A DNA stretch of 64,000 bases from an uncultured bacterium (GTDB taxonomy: Bacteria; Krumholzibacteriota; Krumholzibacteriia; LZORAL124-64-63), in the NCBI GenBank assembly GCA_937864225.1, contig CALMJK010000005.1:456212-520211 (forward strand). The letters are read 5' to 3'. The position numbers were made by a program, and so were the translations under genes. Position 1 is the first letter of the stretch; each line of letters begins with the position of its first letter. Positions 63,767 to 64,000 of this stretch are shown one piece after another. Below the pieces are notes generated by a model, which did not search any database, was not told the origin of the DNA, and saw only the letters and a list, made by a program, of their open reading frames with translations.

Positions 63767-63774
63767 CCTTCCGG

Positions 63775-63999
63775 TCACAGCCGGTAGGCCTGCGGGCGGC
63801 GATCCGCGAGGACGTCGTTGCGCGGCGTGATCTGCTTGTCGGTCGCGTCGGGATCGATGAGCGCGACGGCGGCCCCCTCGGCGACGCCGTCACAGCAGGC
63901 GAGACGCTCGCCGCGCGGCGAGACGATCTGGCTCAAGCCGATGAAGCGCAGCTCCTCCCGCGCGCGATGCTCGACGCCGACGCGGTTGGCCGTCACGGC
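63775..63999 (-). CDS. Carbon-nitrogen hydrolase (nitrilase family), 3' end only
   Basis: ANRVG.E, F.G.SQIVSP.G, DRRPQAY are typical C-terminal motifs of the family. Confidence 0.8.
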   Translation of the reverse strand, partial: AVTANRVGVEHRAREELRFIGLSQIVSPRGERLACCDGVAEGAAVALIDPDATDKQITPRNDVLADRRPQAYRL

Positions 64000-64000
64000 G

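Noticed and set aside
1..64000. CRISPR arrays, tRNA/rRNA genes, IS elements, prophage or defence genes
   Set aside because: No regularly spaced direct repeats, cloverleaf or rRNA signatures, or transposase/integrase/cas motifs were seen by eye. The CAAX 'Abi' protease alone is not evidence of phage defence.

Overview
Very GC-rich chromosomal segment, almost all coding and mostly on the + strand, from a diderm bacterium. Gene content suggests an FCB-related lineage such as Krumholzibacteriota, Latescibacterota or Eisenbacteria (inference). No rRNA, tRNA, CRISPR array, transposase or phage gene was recognised. Order: envC-like M23 (partial), holB, ricT, tatD, long leader, rsmA, unknown outer-membrane beta-barrel, two paralogous lipoproteins; YibQ-type deacetylase; secD-secF behind a leader with a terminator-like hairpin; a sigma54-type operon (DUF4783-like, 1597-aa NtrY-type kinase, DUF4159, DUF4175-like, TPR, conserved exported protein); CAAX protease; HAD-nnr-tsaD; a sigma54-type five-gene signalling operon (REC-GGDDF, two paralogous kinases fused to GAF plus degenerate HD-GYP, two single-domain receivers); priA; aroB; four-subunit pyruvate:ferredoxin oxidoreductase; S8 protease; NadR/Ttd14-like P-loop protein; EEP; cupin; Cys/Met PLP lyase; M1-like peptidase; methyltransferase and deacetylase; a glycogen cluster (GH57, galT, glgA, PAS-GAF kinase, receiver, glgC); two small hypotheticals; a partial nitrilase-family gene. 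Best candidates for undescribed biology are the kinase/HD-GYP operon, the sigma54 envelope operon, the barrel plus twin lipoproteins, and two structured 5' leaders. All calls come from reading motifs by eye; no searches or folding programs were run.
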